Shown: positions 27,886-42,510 of the stretch, piece after piece
Position numbering within the stretch: position 1 is the first letter of the stretch
Layout: each line of letters starts with the position of its first letter
Source: Octopus vulgaris
Taxonomy: Eukaryota
Direction of reading: 5' to 3'
NCBI GenBank assembly: GCA_951406725.2
Contig: OX597815.1
Span: 165,540,001 to 165,604,000 of the forward strand
DNA length: 64,000 bases
Translations under genes and position numbers: made by a program
The notes under the pieces: model-generated
Seen by the model: the letters and a program-made list of their open reading frames with translations, nothing else
Told to the model about the DNA's origin: nothing
The model's database searches: none

Positions 27886-28624
27886 TATATATATATGTGT
27901 GTGTGTGTGTGTGGTGTACACATACATATATGTGTATACATGTGAGCGCATGTGCATATTTCTATTTGTACAGACGTACGCACCCATTGTACGCTCACAC
28001 TTATACTCACAGTCACAGTATATCATCTATATGTATCAGGGTTGACTACTTCTAGATAAGCCACACCATACAATTTTAAAAAGCCATATAAGGCACATGT
28101 ATGTACGCCCTTTCCAGGAGACTAATTTAAAATCGAGGGGTAATATGTGGGGTAATATTTATACCCACTTAAACGTGGATGTTCTCTTAGAACAAGCTAT
28201 TGCTAGCGATATAGGCAAAAGCCCATTTTGCACCAAAAGACAATATGTGAGGTTGTCTGATGGAAACTACCATAAGAGATGTATACATTGCAGTATAGTT
28301 TGATCTAACAGAGCATCCATTTAAGAGGGGATAAATATTATTTCTCGGTATTAGTACTGCCTCTTTCGTTAATACTTAACTTTAAATCGGAGTTGTTTTT
28401 ATATATCAGCCATGAATTTCATTCCTTGCATTCGTGTAAGATATGTCCCTCCTGAGTGCTACTGTTAAAATATAACTCAGTACAACCAGTTGTATGGTCA
28501 TGCTGTCGGCATGATCATACAACGCCATCAAGTCTGCTTGGGGAGTAGAGTGGGTTTTGGACAAGATTAGCATCACGCTTGAAACTCAGAGTACCAAGGA
28601 GTTCGAATCAAACTGTTTTGATCC

Positions 28625-28679
<55 letters not shown>

Positions 28680-28730
28680 GTGTGTGTGTGTGTGTATACA
28701 CACATATATGTAACATATATGCATACATAC

Positions 28731-28769
<39 letters not shown>

Positions 28770-29136
28770 CACATACGCATTGATATCTGTGTGCGTGCGT
28801 ACGCGAGGGTGTGTGTAGTTCTCATCACCCTTGCTGTGTCTTGTCCTCCGGGCACCTTAGTTATCATTAGACCCAGTCCTTCTTTACATTAAAGAAAATC
28901 TAATATTTTCTGTGATGGAATGCGAAGAATCCTCACACGAATTTGTATTAATATGCACACATATGAATCTCTCAGCTTCTGTCAGTCTGTCTATCTGCCT
29001 CTTTTTCTCTCTCGCCCTCTCTCTATGTATATACTTATCAACCAGGTAGCAAAAAACTTTTAAAAAGTATGCGTAGTAAAACAAAACACGCTTACCGTCT
29101 AAGTCATATAATTAATAGACAGTTATAATAAATAAT

Positions 29137-29340
29137 AAGACGGTGAGTCGGCAGAAACGTTAGCAAGCCGGGTGAAATGCTTAGCGGTTACGTTCTGAGT
29201 TCAAATTCCGCCGAGGTCGACTTTGCCTTTCATCCTTTCAAAGTCGATAAATTAAGTACCAGTTGCATACTGGGGTCCATCTGATCGACTGATCCCTCCC
29301 ACCAAAATTTCGGGCCTTGTGCCAAGAGTAGAAAAGAATC
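29137..29340 (+). mobile_element. Family A SINE
   Basis: Matches other family A copies. Confidence 0.85.
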
Positions 29341-30405
29341 GTTAGCATGCCAGACAAAAGTCTTTCATCCCTCAGGGCTCATAAAAATAAAATACCAATC
29401 AAGAGCCGTGTTTTCTGCAATCGTCTTATTCTCTCCCCTCAGAATTGCTGGCCTTGAACTGTGCAACAGATTGCTGTCGTGTTCAGAGGATATTGTTATA
29501 ATCTCTGTAGCTTATATGCCATGGAAACCGCTTTATGAATCCAGCTTTATAAGTCCTAGGGTTAAAGAAAATAAAAAACAAAAAATTAACAGTTCGAGTT
29601 TATAATTGTATTCAATCGATTCTCATATGATTATATTTTATTTTATTTTTTTTTAATATGAAACGATAGCAGAACATTTAATCACGGGTAATAATGAATT
29701 GACACTTTTCTGCTCTGCATGTTGCTTTTGCCTTCTGACAAAACGTCCGTTTGATTTTGACAAACATCATTGGATTTTACTGGTGTTACAAAGCTGATAT
29801 CAGAAGATTAACTCATTCGTCAACTTGAATACAATAAGAAAATAACGTATTACATAACATAGAGAATGGTAAAATTATCTTAACAATACGAGCATAAAGG
29901 TCTTGCTATGATGTTTCTCGCCTTGTACATTAGCTTCCGATATTTCGATTTCTAATATATTTATCTTTAACATGACTCAACATGATCAACACGACCGGAT
30001 GAAAATTAATATATACGTTTAACGCCTAAAGACATACGCATATGCACGCACACGCACACGCACACACATACAGTCGCAGGCGCATACACTCGCACATACA
30101 CACGCACAGGCATATGTACATACTGGCACGCCCACACATACCCACAGAAGCGAGCACACACATGCATACAAATATACATCAGCGTTTGAATGCATTGTAT
30201 GCATTCATATAGATATATTTTGTGCATTTTAACATGTATAATGAACTAATGTACACAAATTTGTGCGAAAGTGTGTGCGGGCATATATGTACACACACAC
30301 ACACACATATGTATATACATACATATATATGTTGTATTGTTGTTTGTATGTGCATACATGTTTAGTATGCATATATGTGTGTGTGTGTATCTATCTATCT
30401 ATCTT

Positions 30406-30470
<65 letters not shown>

Positions 30471-30513
30471 TTATCTATCTATCTATCTACCTATCTTTCT
30501 ATTTATCTATCTA

Positions 30514-30568
<55 letters not shown>

Positions 30569-30611
30569 GTATATATATTTGTGTGTGTATGGGTGTGTGT
30601 ATGTGTTTATA

Positions 30612-30712
<101 letters not shown>

Positions 30713-31469
30713 GCATACCTATGCATATGTGTGTGTGTGTGTGTGTATGAACAAACTAGAAATAGCTTCCTGGAAAGACACGTTGGCGACTCGATTTCGA
30801 TTTTCCGTCTTCGCTATTTCAATTCGTTTGCATTTCCAATGTCCCTTAGAAGTTATAAACGTCACACACTCCAATTTATCTCTTCCTGCAATCAATAAGG
30901 TTAATATTTCTTTCATGGATGTTGGAAGTTACGGATAACCTAACACTTGATACTGGATCGTATGATATGTTTCATTTATGTATGAAAGGAATAAATCGTA
31001 ATATCGTAAATTTATTAACCTGAGTGTACATCATGAATTGTTGTGCAACTGTGCGTATACAGATAAAAAGGGAGATACATTGGCTAAAGCTTATCGTAAA
31101 CATAAATATTTATCATCTGCATCATGTAGTGCGTACAAATCTTGTTTGGTTTATTACATATGAGTATTTAATGTGTTCCAACTGCTTATAAAGAAGTATG
31201 TTCCTGTGGTTTTATATTAGCTTCTATGGAAGCCTATGTATATTGATATCACACTGTATACAGTATGTGATCGCGTGGAATCCCAAATCAATAAGGTACC
31301 GGACAACCAACTGAAAAGACGTGGTTCTCCGGCCTTCTAGAAAAAGCCACCAAATCTACCTCTATTTTGTTAAACAAAGAATAAAACAAAATGACGAGCT
31401 GGATGCTGGTACGGCATTGTGTGCATGGCAAAAATATTTAACTCTCGATACTGGAGCCAATCACTCTGT

Positions 31470-32150
31470 ATGTAAGTTGCTTTGGGTCAGGGTTAGCTCT
31501 TTTAGATCTCTCAGTAAGGCATTACTGTCTCCAATGTTTTTCATATCATAGATCAAGCTGTCTTCCATGCGGCCCTGTGCCTAGGTTCCCCTGCATATGA
31601 TTTCGAAGACATAACTGATACGTAAACGTTTTCTGTTCTTAATAAATGGTTATGCCATTTAAATCGGCGTTGATGGTGAACAGTTGAGAGATCGACAAAT
31701 TTTCATATGAAGCAGGTGATTAGTTTCGGCAACCAAATCAGCGTTAGAGACAGGTCACTGAAGTTTCACAACAGAACGGAGATATTTTTGGCTGAAACTG
31801 TCAAAACATCTATTTCTTACTTTCAGACAGCAACTGGATTACTGATGCACAAAATATATTGAGTTTACAACTGGAAAATATAATCACAGTCAATCTGGAG
31901 GTTAGTATTGAATTTCTTACAAAGTAGTTTGTTAAAAGCAGTTTTAACCAATAATTTTCTTGATTTACTTTCTTCAAAAGTATTTCTGTTAGTGGATATC
32001 ACTGAACCAAAATATAAAAACAGATTTTTATGGAATAAAAGTGGATCAGAGACTATGTTCATAAACAGAACTGAACGCTTCAAACGATCAAAATGTAAAC
32101 CAAAGTGTCCAACCTCAAGAGTTAGTGTGTTGATGAAGCCCTAAATAAAT
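31470..32150 (-). mobile_element. Decayed RTE-like LINE fragment
   Basis: Minus strand FLYFGSVIS..EESKSRKLLVKTAFNKL and HQRRFKWHNHLLR resemble RTE post-RT motifs. Confidence 0.55.
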
Positions 32151-34243
32151 TTAGCATTTTCATAAAGGGTTGCAACATGATTAGCATGTTTTAGAATTGA
32201 GATTAAACAGGGATTTGAGTAGTTCAGGTCTAACTGACATCGTCTTGTAATTCAAGAGCTTATGATGTGTTTCGTAACGTGAATGTTTATCAGTGGTGAC
32301 AAAGTGAAATTTTTACCAGACTCCTCTCAGTGATGTCAGCCTTGTGCATTGTAAAGATTTTGAAATAAATTAATATAGTTAAATAGTCGTCCATTTGACT
32401 ACAAGATTCTGAGTTCAAATTCAGCCGAGGTCGACTTTGCCTTTCATCCTTTCAGAGTCGATAATTTAAGCACCAGTTGCATACTGGGGTCGATCTGATC
32501 GACTGATCCCTCCCACCAAAATTTCGGGTCGTGCCTAGAGTAGAAAAGAATCGTTAGCATGCCAGACAAAAGTCTTTCATCCCTCAGGACTCATAAAAAT
32601 AAAATACCAATCAAGGGCCGTGTTTTCTGTAATCGTCTTATTCTCTCCCCTGAGAATTGCTGGCCTTGAACTGTGCAACAGATTGCTGTCGCGTTCAGAG
32701 GATATTGTTATGATCTCTGTAACTTATATGAACTATGAACTAACTGAAAAGTGATAATAATGCTAACAGGACAAAGAATATGAAGACACTTCAGAATATG
32801 ACGTAAACTAAACATGTGATCTATAAACGATCTATTTAGCTTCTTCTGTGGTTAAACTCAGTTTGATAAACACAGATAAACGATTCACAAAACTTGCCGA
32901 GCCGATTTAAGAATATGAATTCTAAAACATCGGTAACTGAATTAATGAAATACTAGGATAGTTCTCAAATGAAGAGCAAGACTGTAGTACATACTATCAC
33001 CAAAGCTTCAGACAGACTGAAACGTGTGTAGACTCTTCCAAATCTGACTAAATTGGAATTCCAAGTTAACTGCTTGAAGTATTAGAGTAATCTCATTTGT
33101 GGTATATACGTTAACTTTCCATAGTTTATCTATCTGTAACATCAGAAATTTTAGAACATATCTGTGTCACGAAAGCATAAACAATTTATCTTTTTTCCCA
33201 TAAAACATTATCGAATGAAAACAATGATCTGCATTTATGCTTATTTTGATATCCGATCCACTCACTGAAATATAATTTTTTACTAAAATTTAATGCTCTT
33301 TGGAACAGAGATTTGGTTATCGATTGATAAAATTCCAAAAATCTCATATTGGATTAAGTTATATAGTCGTTTATTTCTAATATTACCGTCGAACCAATTA
33401 ATAAGAACTGTTATACCATAATGATAAATTTGTTGTTTGTTTAATTCTTAGGTTAATCATTTTTCAGATACTACTGGATGGATTAATTAATTTAGAAGAT
33501 TTTGATTGCAGTTTGCGTAAAACTAAATATTAACTCCAGTCATTTGTATCTAACTCTGTAGCTTATTTCCTTAGCCTCAGAATTAATGGAATTACCTTTA
33601 CTGCAGCTAGATATTTTTTACTAGTACTCATAAATGCTATTAGATTCTTACTAAATTCATATATATTTTTGGCTTTTTCTAAATCGGTAAAAACTGATCT
33701 TTAAGTACAGTCACGCACCTCGAATTTGATTGAAAGCTGTAATTCGGAAGGTTCCCATAGCTTATTTTGTGCTCAGCATTTTTGTGCTAGGAAAACTAAG
33801 CTCGTTGCGCGTAGGCAGATCAGCATTATCTTTCTCAAAGATGAAATCCTTCCAACGCAATAAAGCAATGGACGTAATTGCATTTATATTTATCTGTTCT
33901 GTCGACGGTAAATGCGGCAGGATAAAAAACAACACAGATAGGAACGGCAAACTCATCACTCTTCAGTTAAGCTGTTTAAGGCTAACATACTAGGCTCTTA
34001 TAATACTTTTACCATGAGGTACATTGTAATTGATGTATAACAAAGTGTATGTGAAGTTAAAAGATAGCCCCACCACTCCAAACATTTTTGATGAATAGAG
34101 ATGCATCTTTCTATAAAAATGGGACGTGGTAATTTAGCATTTAATACAGGTTGGGTGGCTCCCTTAGAGTTAGAGTTGCAATGTGAAAAAAAAAGAAAAA
34201 AATAATAGGATTCAGTTTCTAAGCACGGTTTCATGGTTTAAGC

Positions 34244-34604
34244 CAGTGGTTCTCGATTGGGGTCCATATGACCTTTGAGGCTCCATATAAGATTTTTTTT
34301 TGTGGGGGAAGGTCACGCAACAAAATGATAAAATGGGGTTCCGCATTAATATTTTAAGGGCTCCTGAAAAGATTTTATTCTAGATGTGTGTATTGGTATG
34401 TATTGCAAGAAACAACTTGGTTTCTTTCTCTAACATTTTACATAGTTGAACCAAAACAGGTTGATCTGTGAAAAACAAAACAGGAATTTTTAAAGTAGTT
34501 TCTATAGTAACTAGATTTTAAACATCGAATTTCTATAGGGGTTCACCAGAATAAAACAGTAACCAAAGGGATCCATAAATAAAAAGATTGGATGAGAACC
34601 CCTG
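34244..34604. mobile_element. hAT-like MITE, diverged
   Basis: Termini CAGTGGTTCTC / GAGAACCCCTG; no clear 8-bp TSD. Confidence 0.5.
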
Positions 34605-34659
34605 AGCCTTATTCTGTAAACGAAGAGAATACGTTCAATTTGGTCTACATCAGTGCATT

Positions 34660-35256
34660 ATTAGTTTCAAATTTTAGCACAGGGCCAGCAATTTGGGGGA
34701 AGTGGCTAAGTCGATTACATCGACCCCAGTGTTCAATTAGTACTTATAGTACTTATTTTATCGCTCCTGATAGGGATGAAAGACCAAATCAACCTCAGCG
34801 GAATTTGAACTCAGAACGTAAAGACGGACTAAATGCCTATTTCTTTACTGCCCATAAGGGGCTATACACAGAGGGGACAAACAGGGACAGACAAACGGAT
34901 TAAGTCGATTATATCGACCCCAGTGCGTAACTAGTACTTATTTAATCGACTCCGAAAGGATGAAAGACAAAGTCGATCTCGGCGGAATTTGAACTCAGAA
35001 CGTAGCGGCAGACGAAATACCTATTTCTTTATTACCCACAAGGGGCTAAACACAGAGGGGACAAACAAGGACAGACATAGGTATTAAGTCGATTAGATCG
35101 ACCCCAGTGCGTAACTGGTACTTAATTTATCGACCCAGAAAGGATGAAAGGCAAAGTCGACCTCGGCGGAATTTGAACTCAGAACGTTAACGACAGACGA
35201 AATACGGCTACGCATTTCGCCCGGCGTGCTAACGTTTCTGCCAGCTCGCCGCCTTA
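34660..35256 (-). mobile_element. Family A SINE multimer (one head, three body units)
   Basis: GGAATTTGAACTCAGAACG occurs three times ~185 bp apart; single head at ~35256. Confidence 0.85.
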
Positions 35257-35500
35257 CTCCCGTGTATTATTGATTTATATTTCATCGAAACTAAAACAAT
35301 GCAAAGTACACTGTAGACGTTTTAGAATTAGTAGCGTGCAACATTGAACCAGAAGTTACAAGGAACCTAAAAACGGTTAATTTCCCTCTTCGCATATTCT
35401 GTCTTGTATGTAGGAAAATCAAACGCGCGCGCACCCACACCCATGCACACAATATGGAAAAAGTCTATTTCGTATGATCCCTATTAACAAAGAAATCTTA

Positions 35501-35575
<75 letters not shown>

Positions 35576-35599
35576 ACATTCTCTTTGTATATACATACA

Positions 35600-36122
35600 T
35601 TTATACCAATAATTGATGCACTTAGTTTTGTGAGTGACAATTTGGATAAGTTGGGGTTTTCAGAAAAAAAAAATCAACCAGCTAACATCGCACATTACAA
35701 ATGCAGTCTTTAAGCGGAACAGTAAATGTATGCAATACTTTTCTCAAGTTAAAAATGTGAACTTGATTTTATCATCTACAATCCAACGGTGGAGCTTTGT
35801 ATTTTAGCTCGAAATCAGCTTCCTTCAAAAATTGAAGAAAACATACATACAGACGTTCATACAAACATACATGCATACATGTAAGTAGATGCCTAACTGT
35901 CAGTCTGGATAACCTTGGATTTTGAGGAAAAGAAACCATCCAACTGACACTTACATAACAAATACAATCTGTAAGCGGAGCAGTAAAAGTATGTAAGAGT
36001 TTTCTTAGGTTTAAAATGTGTCATTGTTTTCGCTATCTACACTCCAATGAGAGAGCTTTGTATGTTTGTAAGAAACCAGCCCCTTCTTCAGAGGAAAAAT
36101 TTAAATGATTAGAAAAAGAGAA
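35600..36122 (+). mobile_element. Two short 3' fragments of R4/Dong-like LINEs (35600-35841, 35881-36122)
   Basis: FIPIIDALSFVSDNLDKLGFSEK..LQMQSLSGTVNVCNTFLK and VSRCLTVSLDNLGF..QIQSVSGAVKVCKSFLRF are homologous to the C-terminus at 36600-36780; each ends in (ACAT)n. Confidence 0.72.
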
Positions 36123-36279
36123 ACATACATACACACATACATACATACATACATATATACATACATACATACATGCATACATACATACATACATGCATGC
36201 ATACATACATACATACATACATACATACATACATACATACATACATACATACATACATACATACATACATACATACATG

Positions 36280-36989
36280 AGACATGACGTTCTAGCTAGG
36301 ACACTGTATAATGTGATCCGTCAGAATGATAACCTCGAGGACAAAGAATTCAGAACCTATAGCATGGTAGAAGCCATAGCTACTCATTATAAAAAGCAGT
36401 ACTGGTGAATGTCCCAGTGAAAGCTTCAATAAAATATAAAACACAATAGAACTGTCATAGTAATTTGCGATAGAAAAGAGAAACTGTACAGTTGTGTAAA
36501 TCAGCTGCCCAGTAGATGTTAACATAAAGCTAAAGATCAGCGAAAAAGAAAACACCTACGCAGAACTATTGAGGAATCTACACCTACCCTATCCAGATTA
36601 CAAGTTTAGGTTTATACATGTAATTATTGGGGCTCTAAGATATGTAACACACTGCCTAAATACCAATCTTGATAAAATAAGTTTCTCAAAATCAGAAAGG
36701 AGAAAGCTGATTCGAAGACTACAGATCCAGTCCATCACTGGAACTGTAAAAATCTGTAAAACTTTCCAGAAGTTAATCATTTAAGCATATATGAGCATGT
36801 CTAGGTATGCAAGTATATGCATAAGAATATATGCATAAAACAAAACATACAAATCTGCACATATACATACATATATACAAAAATGCCCTCTTGTTGATGT
36901 TGAAATTTCAATGAAGGAGCCTTGAATCCAGGTTAGAAACCGGCTCTTTTGCTGTTGGCAAGAAATCTTGAAATAAAACTGAATAATGA
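36280..36989 (+). mobile_element. R4/Dong-like non-LTR retrotransposon 3' end (restriction-like endonuclease), disrupted
   Basis: RHDVLARTLY..KHNRTVIVICD..KISEKENTYAELLRNL..VIIGAL..GTVKICKTF; flanked by (ACAT)n. Confidence 0.85.
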
Positions 36990-37058
36990 CATACATACAT
37001 ATTTATATACATGCATATCACCATCTTCAATGACAGTTGGCATGAAATCTGAGGAGTT

Positions 37059-37476
37059 CTATTTCTTTACTACCCACAAGGGGCTAAACACAGAGGAGAC
37101 AAACAAGGACAGACAGATAGATTAAGTCGATTATATCGACCCCAGTGCGTAACTAGTACTTAATTTATCGACCCCGAAAGGATGAAAGGCAAAGTCGACC
37201 TCGGCGGAATCTGAACTCAGAACGTAACGGCAGACGAAGTACCTATTTCTATAATACCCACAAAGGGCTAAACAAAGAGAGGAAAAATAAAGACAGACAA
37301 ACAGATTAAGTCGATTATATCGATCCCAGTGCGTAACTGGTTCTTAATTTATCGACTCCGAAAGGATGAAAGGCAAAGTCGACCTCGGCGGAATCTGAAC
37401 ACAGAACGTAGCGGCAGACGAAATACTGCCAAGCATTTCGCGCGGCGTGCTAACGTTTCTGCCAGCTCGCCGCTTT
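37059..37476 (-). mobile_element. Family A SINE dimer with 14-bp TSD
   Basis: AAATCTGAGGAGTT at 37045-37058 and 37477-37490; internal ~184-bp duplication. Confidence 0.92.
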
Positions 37477-39579
37477 AAATCTGAGGAGTTGTGGTATTGC
37501 TAGCTAAGTATGTGTGAAAGCTATCTGAGTGAAGCAGAAGGCAATGTTTGGTAGATTATTGTTGCAATTGACTTCAGGAAGAGTGCATATTTGAATGTGG
37601 GTTGATTTAATATATTGGGAGTTTAGTTACGCTAGTATAATCACTTCTGTTATCTTGTTCGAAAACGATGTGCTGAATGCATCGCTTTTTAAAGTGTTAA
37701 AATACTATATTTGTACTGTGTAAACTGATAGGACAGAGAACTTGTTCAAGGCTCATACACGCACACACACACTGTCATACACACTTTCTCTTTCTCTTTT
37801 CTTTCCTCCATCTCTCTCTCTCTCTCTCATACACACACACACACACGTTTTGATCGAACCTCCTGCTGCTCCCCTTTCCTATCTTCTCGGGCCATCTCTT
37901 CTGAACCACTTTGCCACAGCTCCCCACCCCTCGGATTACCATTGGAACTCTATACGTCTCAGATTCTATCGTCAAAGATCTTACTGTACACTACTATTGA
38001 CATACATGCACAGACTCATACACACGCACGTACGCACAGATTCACACATATACACATGTATATATATTTATATGTGTGTGCGTGTGTGTGTAATATATAT
38101 ATTGAAAGATAGATAGATTGATAGATATACGTACATGTATGTACATGTATGTATATATGTATGTATCTATATGTATGCATATACACATATATATGTGTGT
38201 CTATGTATATATATATATTTATCTCAAATATATCCATATTTCGTGTGATGTCTTCTATTGGTTTACGAACGTCATTTGTGATATATGCGTACTGGTTACA
38301 AGACTTTACACTTGTCCCCACCGGCACTCACCAAAGATCCCATTCATAATGGATTCTGACAAGTCTGAATCGTTAAGCTTACAGAAAAGACAAAACAGAA
38401 CGTTCTAACATTGTCTCAACCGAAATTTTCAAAAAGCACGACATGATTTCAATCGATTCCTACCAAAATTCACTTATACGAATAATGATTTGGAGTAGAG
38501 ATAGGAAGTTATGTCTTTCTTGTCTTTTCTAAAGAAGAAAAGGCAGCCAGAACGCCGGAAACTACAATCAAAATGGAAAGAGAATCAACATATCGAATTA
38601 TTGTTTCTTTTTACATACAAAGCCCTTTATGTCGAAAGAGTGCGTATTGATAATCGTTTTCGCTATCTCATTATATAACTACCTCTTATTGATGATAGCA
38701 GAAGAAAAGGCAAAATTATCTCTAAGATGATTTAAGTTCAGAACAATAAGGGATCGGATTAGAAACAGCAAAGTATCATAACGCGGTTTTCTATCGCTTC
38801 CGTCAGTTCCAAAATTAATAACTAGAATATCGCTGGGAGTAGTAGCATAACTATCCGTAGGTAAAATAAGAAGTGGTAGGAAAGGTAACTGTAACTGTAT
38901 TAAGATTGGTTGCTATATTACCAACAGAAATACTGCAAAAATTTTTTTTTTTAACCGAAGGAAATATCTTCCAGATGGAAGTAATTAAAGTATTTACTGA
39001 ACTCGTTTTTCCACTGCAAGAAATAAAACAAAAAATAATACGAAGAGATTTGGAAACGGGGAACTTTTTAACATGCTTGAGCCTAATTTGAAGTATAGCT
39101 TAGCTTCCCGTCACTGCAAAATGCGGTGTTAAAAGACTGTTAAAATGGCGTTGCTATTTCAAGTTTTATACCCGTTGGGAATATTTCATTTTCAAAGAAT
39201 CTACTAGCGGAGATTATCGATTTTCGGGTAGAAAGTTAATGTTTCCGAGAAGCTCACACACAAGACATTATAAATGAACGGAGAAAAGAACAGAACTACC
39301 CAAGAATGATTATTGAGGATATTCATGCGAGGAATTGAAATAGAAAAACTCGAAATAAGGAAATTAACGTTTATGAAAAATTCAAAACAAAAGCCAATTC
39401 GGCATCCAAGGATTATTAAGTGGGTATGTGTGTGTATGTGTGTGTATGTGTGTGTGTGTGTGTGTGTGTAAGTATCTATGGTTGTATGTATATCTGTTTG
39501 TATATATATATAAGTATATGCATTCCTATGGGTGTGTGTATATATATATGTATGTATATATATACATATATATTAATGC

Positions 39580-39653
<74 letters not shown>

Positions 39654-40454
39654 TGTGTGTGTATACATATATGTGCGTATCTGTTTGTGTAAATGTATGT
39701 GTGTGCGTGTGCGTTTGTGCCGTTGTACTTTCGTAAATATATCTATTCTGCTTCTTTTTTTTTTTGCTTTGGCTCTGTCTTCTGGAATCGTCTTAAATAA
39801 TGAGATTAAGTACATTGACATAAGTCGCCTTGGCAAAACTTGGCAAAACAGGCGATCCAATAATGGCTACAGGCAAATCTAACGGTTGATGAATGCTTAT
39901 AGTATAGCGCAGTGATTCCTTAAAGTTAACAAAATGACACCAAAACTAAGATCTTCAACTATCTAACTGCTAGAGCGTTAAACGTGTGATTTCACCAACA
40001 CTTGTGTTCTGTATTCTTACATAAACTTGAGTCAACAAAGAAACCTATGCCCAGTCACTCGAAATGCTATGATCAACAACCAAATCTTCTTCAAATAATA
40101 CTCTACCTAGTTTGAATCTTGATAAATGTAGCGAACAAACACTCATATACTCTGACCATCCAGCAGATACGGTGCACAACAGTTATCTGTTATCTTTTCC
40201 TTGTTCCAGTCATGAGTCTGCAGCTATGCTGGGACTCTGCCTTCAAGGGCTTTGGTCTAAAACAAATTGCCCTGTGTTTATTTTTTTTTTATGTTTGGCA
40301 CTCATATTCTATCGGAATCTTCATCCAAACCGCTAGGTCACGCAGACAAACAAACCAACATCAGTTGGCAAGCGGTACTCGTGGGGAAGGACAAACACTG
40401 ACACAAAGACACCCAGTCGTGCATATATTTGTGCGTGTGTATATATACATACAT

Positions 40455-40521
<67 letters not shown>

Positions 40522-40691
40522 GTAAATGTAATATGTGACAATTACTCGGTAGCCAAGATAAAACTCCGTGTTTCGGATGCCGAGGTGGGAAATTACATTT
40601 ACAGATAATTTCCTCTATTTACATAATATCGAGGTCTCTTTTACATAATATCGAGGTCTCTTTCTTTCTTTTGTTATCTTACCGTTTTTAT

Positions 40692-40733
<42 letters not shown>

Positions 40734-41311
40734 TCTCTCTCTCTCTCACACACACACGACGGGCTTCCATACAGTTTCTGTCTACCAAATTCATTCACAA
40801 GGCATTGGTTAGCTCAGGTCTATGCTGACAGTCACTGACCAGAGGTGCCTAAGCGACAAAACCGGAAGCCACGTGATCGCAAAGTCAGCTTCTTAACCAC
40901 ACAGTCATACCTACGCTAAAATATGCCAAATTTATTTAAATCACCTAGAATCCTACGTGCACAGAGTTTAGTAGCAGCTGTCAAATTCCCTACTTCCCTT
41001 ACTAGCAACTCAACCACGCACAAAAACCAACACACACGCACGCACAAACAAAATCCACACACACACACACACATATATACACGCGCGCGCGCTCTCGAAA
41101 GCCACAATAAATACAACTAATTCAGTTCACTCACTACACTGAGAAACAAATATATTAGACACGTTGAAATAGCAAAAAATATTAGGATTTACATGCAACA
41201 TCTCAACAACATTCTTAGCACACATAGAAAACACGATAAAGGAAGCAAAACGACACATGTACGTATACTTAGAGAAATCACCAGTACCACATTTGAACTA
41301 TAGAAAGGAAT

Positions 41312-41700
41312 GGATGGAAGCACTCCGTCGGTTACGACGACGAGGGTTCCGGTTGATCCGAATCAACGGAACAGCCTGCTCGTGAAATTAACGTGTAAGT
41401 GGCTGAGCACTCAACAGACACGTTTACCCTTAACGTAGTTCTCTGGGGATATTCAGCGTGACACAGAGAGTGACAAGGCCGGCCCTTTGAAATACAGGTA
41501 CAACAGAAACAGGAAGTAAGAGTTAGAGAAAGTTGTGGTGAAAGAGTACAGCAGGGATCACCACCATCCCCTGCCGGAGCCTCGTGGAGCTTTAGGTGTT
41601 TTCGCTCAATAAACACTCACAATGCCCGGTCTGGGAATCGAAACCGCGATCCTATGACCGCGAGTCCGCTGCCCTAACCACTGGGCCATTGCGCCTCCAC
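41312..41700 (-). mobile_element. Full-length young SINE, head C with tail 1, 12-bp TSD
   Basis: ATAGAAAGGAAT at 41300-41311 and 41701-41712; A/B-box-like TGGCCCAGTGG and GGTTTCGATTCCC. Confidence 0.93.
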
Positions 41701-41834
41701 ATAGAAAGGAATAATAACAATGTTGCAAAAAGAATGTATTAGATCCACTATGGATTTTGTCAATTCTACCTGTAATCACCATTTCTCTACAACAAATGAG
41801 AATATACGGCAAAAGTACGCTATACGTACAGAAA

Positions 41835-42052
41835 TTCTTTTCTACTCAAGGCACAAGGCCAGAAATTTTGGGGATTGGAGGAGCAGTCGATAAGATCAAA
41901 CCCAGTAAGCAACTGGTACTAAATTTGTCGACCCCGAAAGGATGAAAGGCAAAGTCAACCTCGGCGAAATTTGAACTCAGAACGTAAAGACAGACGAAAT
42001 ACTGCTAAGCACTTCGCCTGGCGTGCTAACGATTCTGCCAGCTCGCCGCCTT
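41835..42052 (-). mobile_element. Family A SINE
   Basis: Near full-length match to other copies. Confidence 0.88.
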
Positions 42053-42219
42053 TATAAGTACAGAAATTAGCGTACAACTTATCATAATAAGTTGTGATTT
42101 TGTGATGGCACTCCGTCGGTTACGACGACGAGTGTTCCGTTGATCTGATCAACGAAACGCCTGCTCGTGAAATTAATGTGCATGTGGCTGAGCACTCCAC
42201 AGACACGTTTACCCTTAAT

Positions 42220-42510
42220 GTTGCTAAAATTTCCAAGAAGGCTGAGGGTGTGTTGGCATCACTCACCAAGTCCTTTGTGAGCCGCTCTCCGGCTATCTAT
42301 CTGCGGCTTTGTATAGCTATTGTGCGGCCTCGCCTGGAATTTGCATCACCGGTCTGGAACCCCTATCTTGCCCAGGATATTAATCGTCTGGAAACCGTTC
42401 AGCGACGTGCAACCAATGAATACCCTGCATCAAGCATTTGCCATATCCTGAACGCCTTACTTCCCTGAGCATTGATTCATTGAAACTCCGACGTCTGGCA
42501 GCTGACTTGG
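42220..42510 (+). pseudogene. CR1-like LINE ORF2 C-terminal fragment
   Basis: KKAEGVL..LRLCIAIVRPRLEFASPVWNPYLAQDINRLETVQRRAT, frameshift, IPCIKHLPYPERL..SLKLRRLAADL. Confidence 0.88.

Noticed and set aside
41630-41700. tRNA gene
   Set aside because: It is the tRNA-derived head of a TSD-bounded SINE
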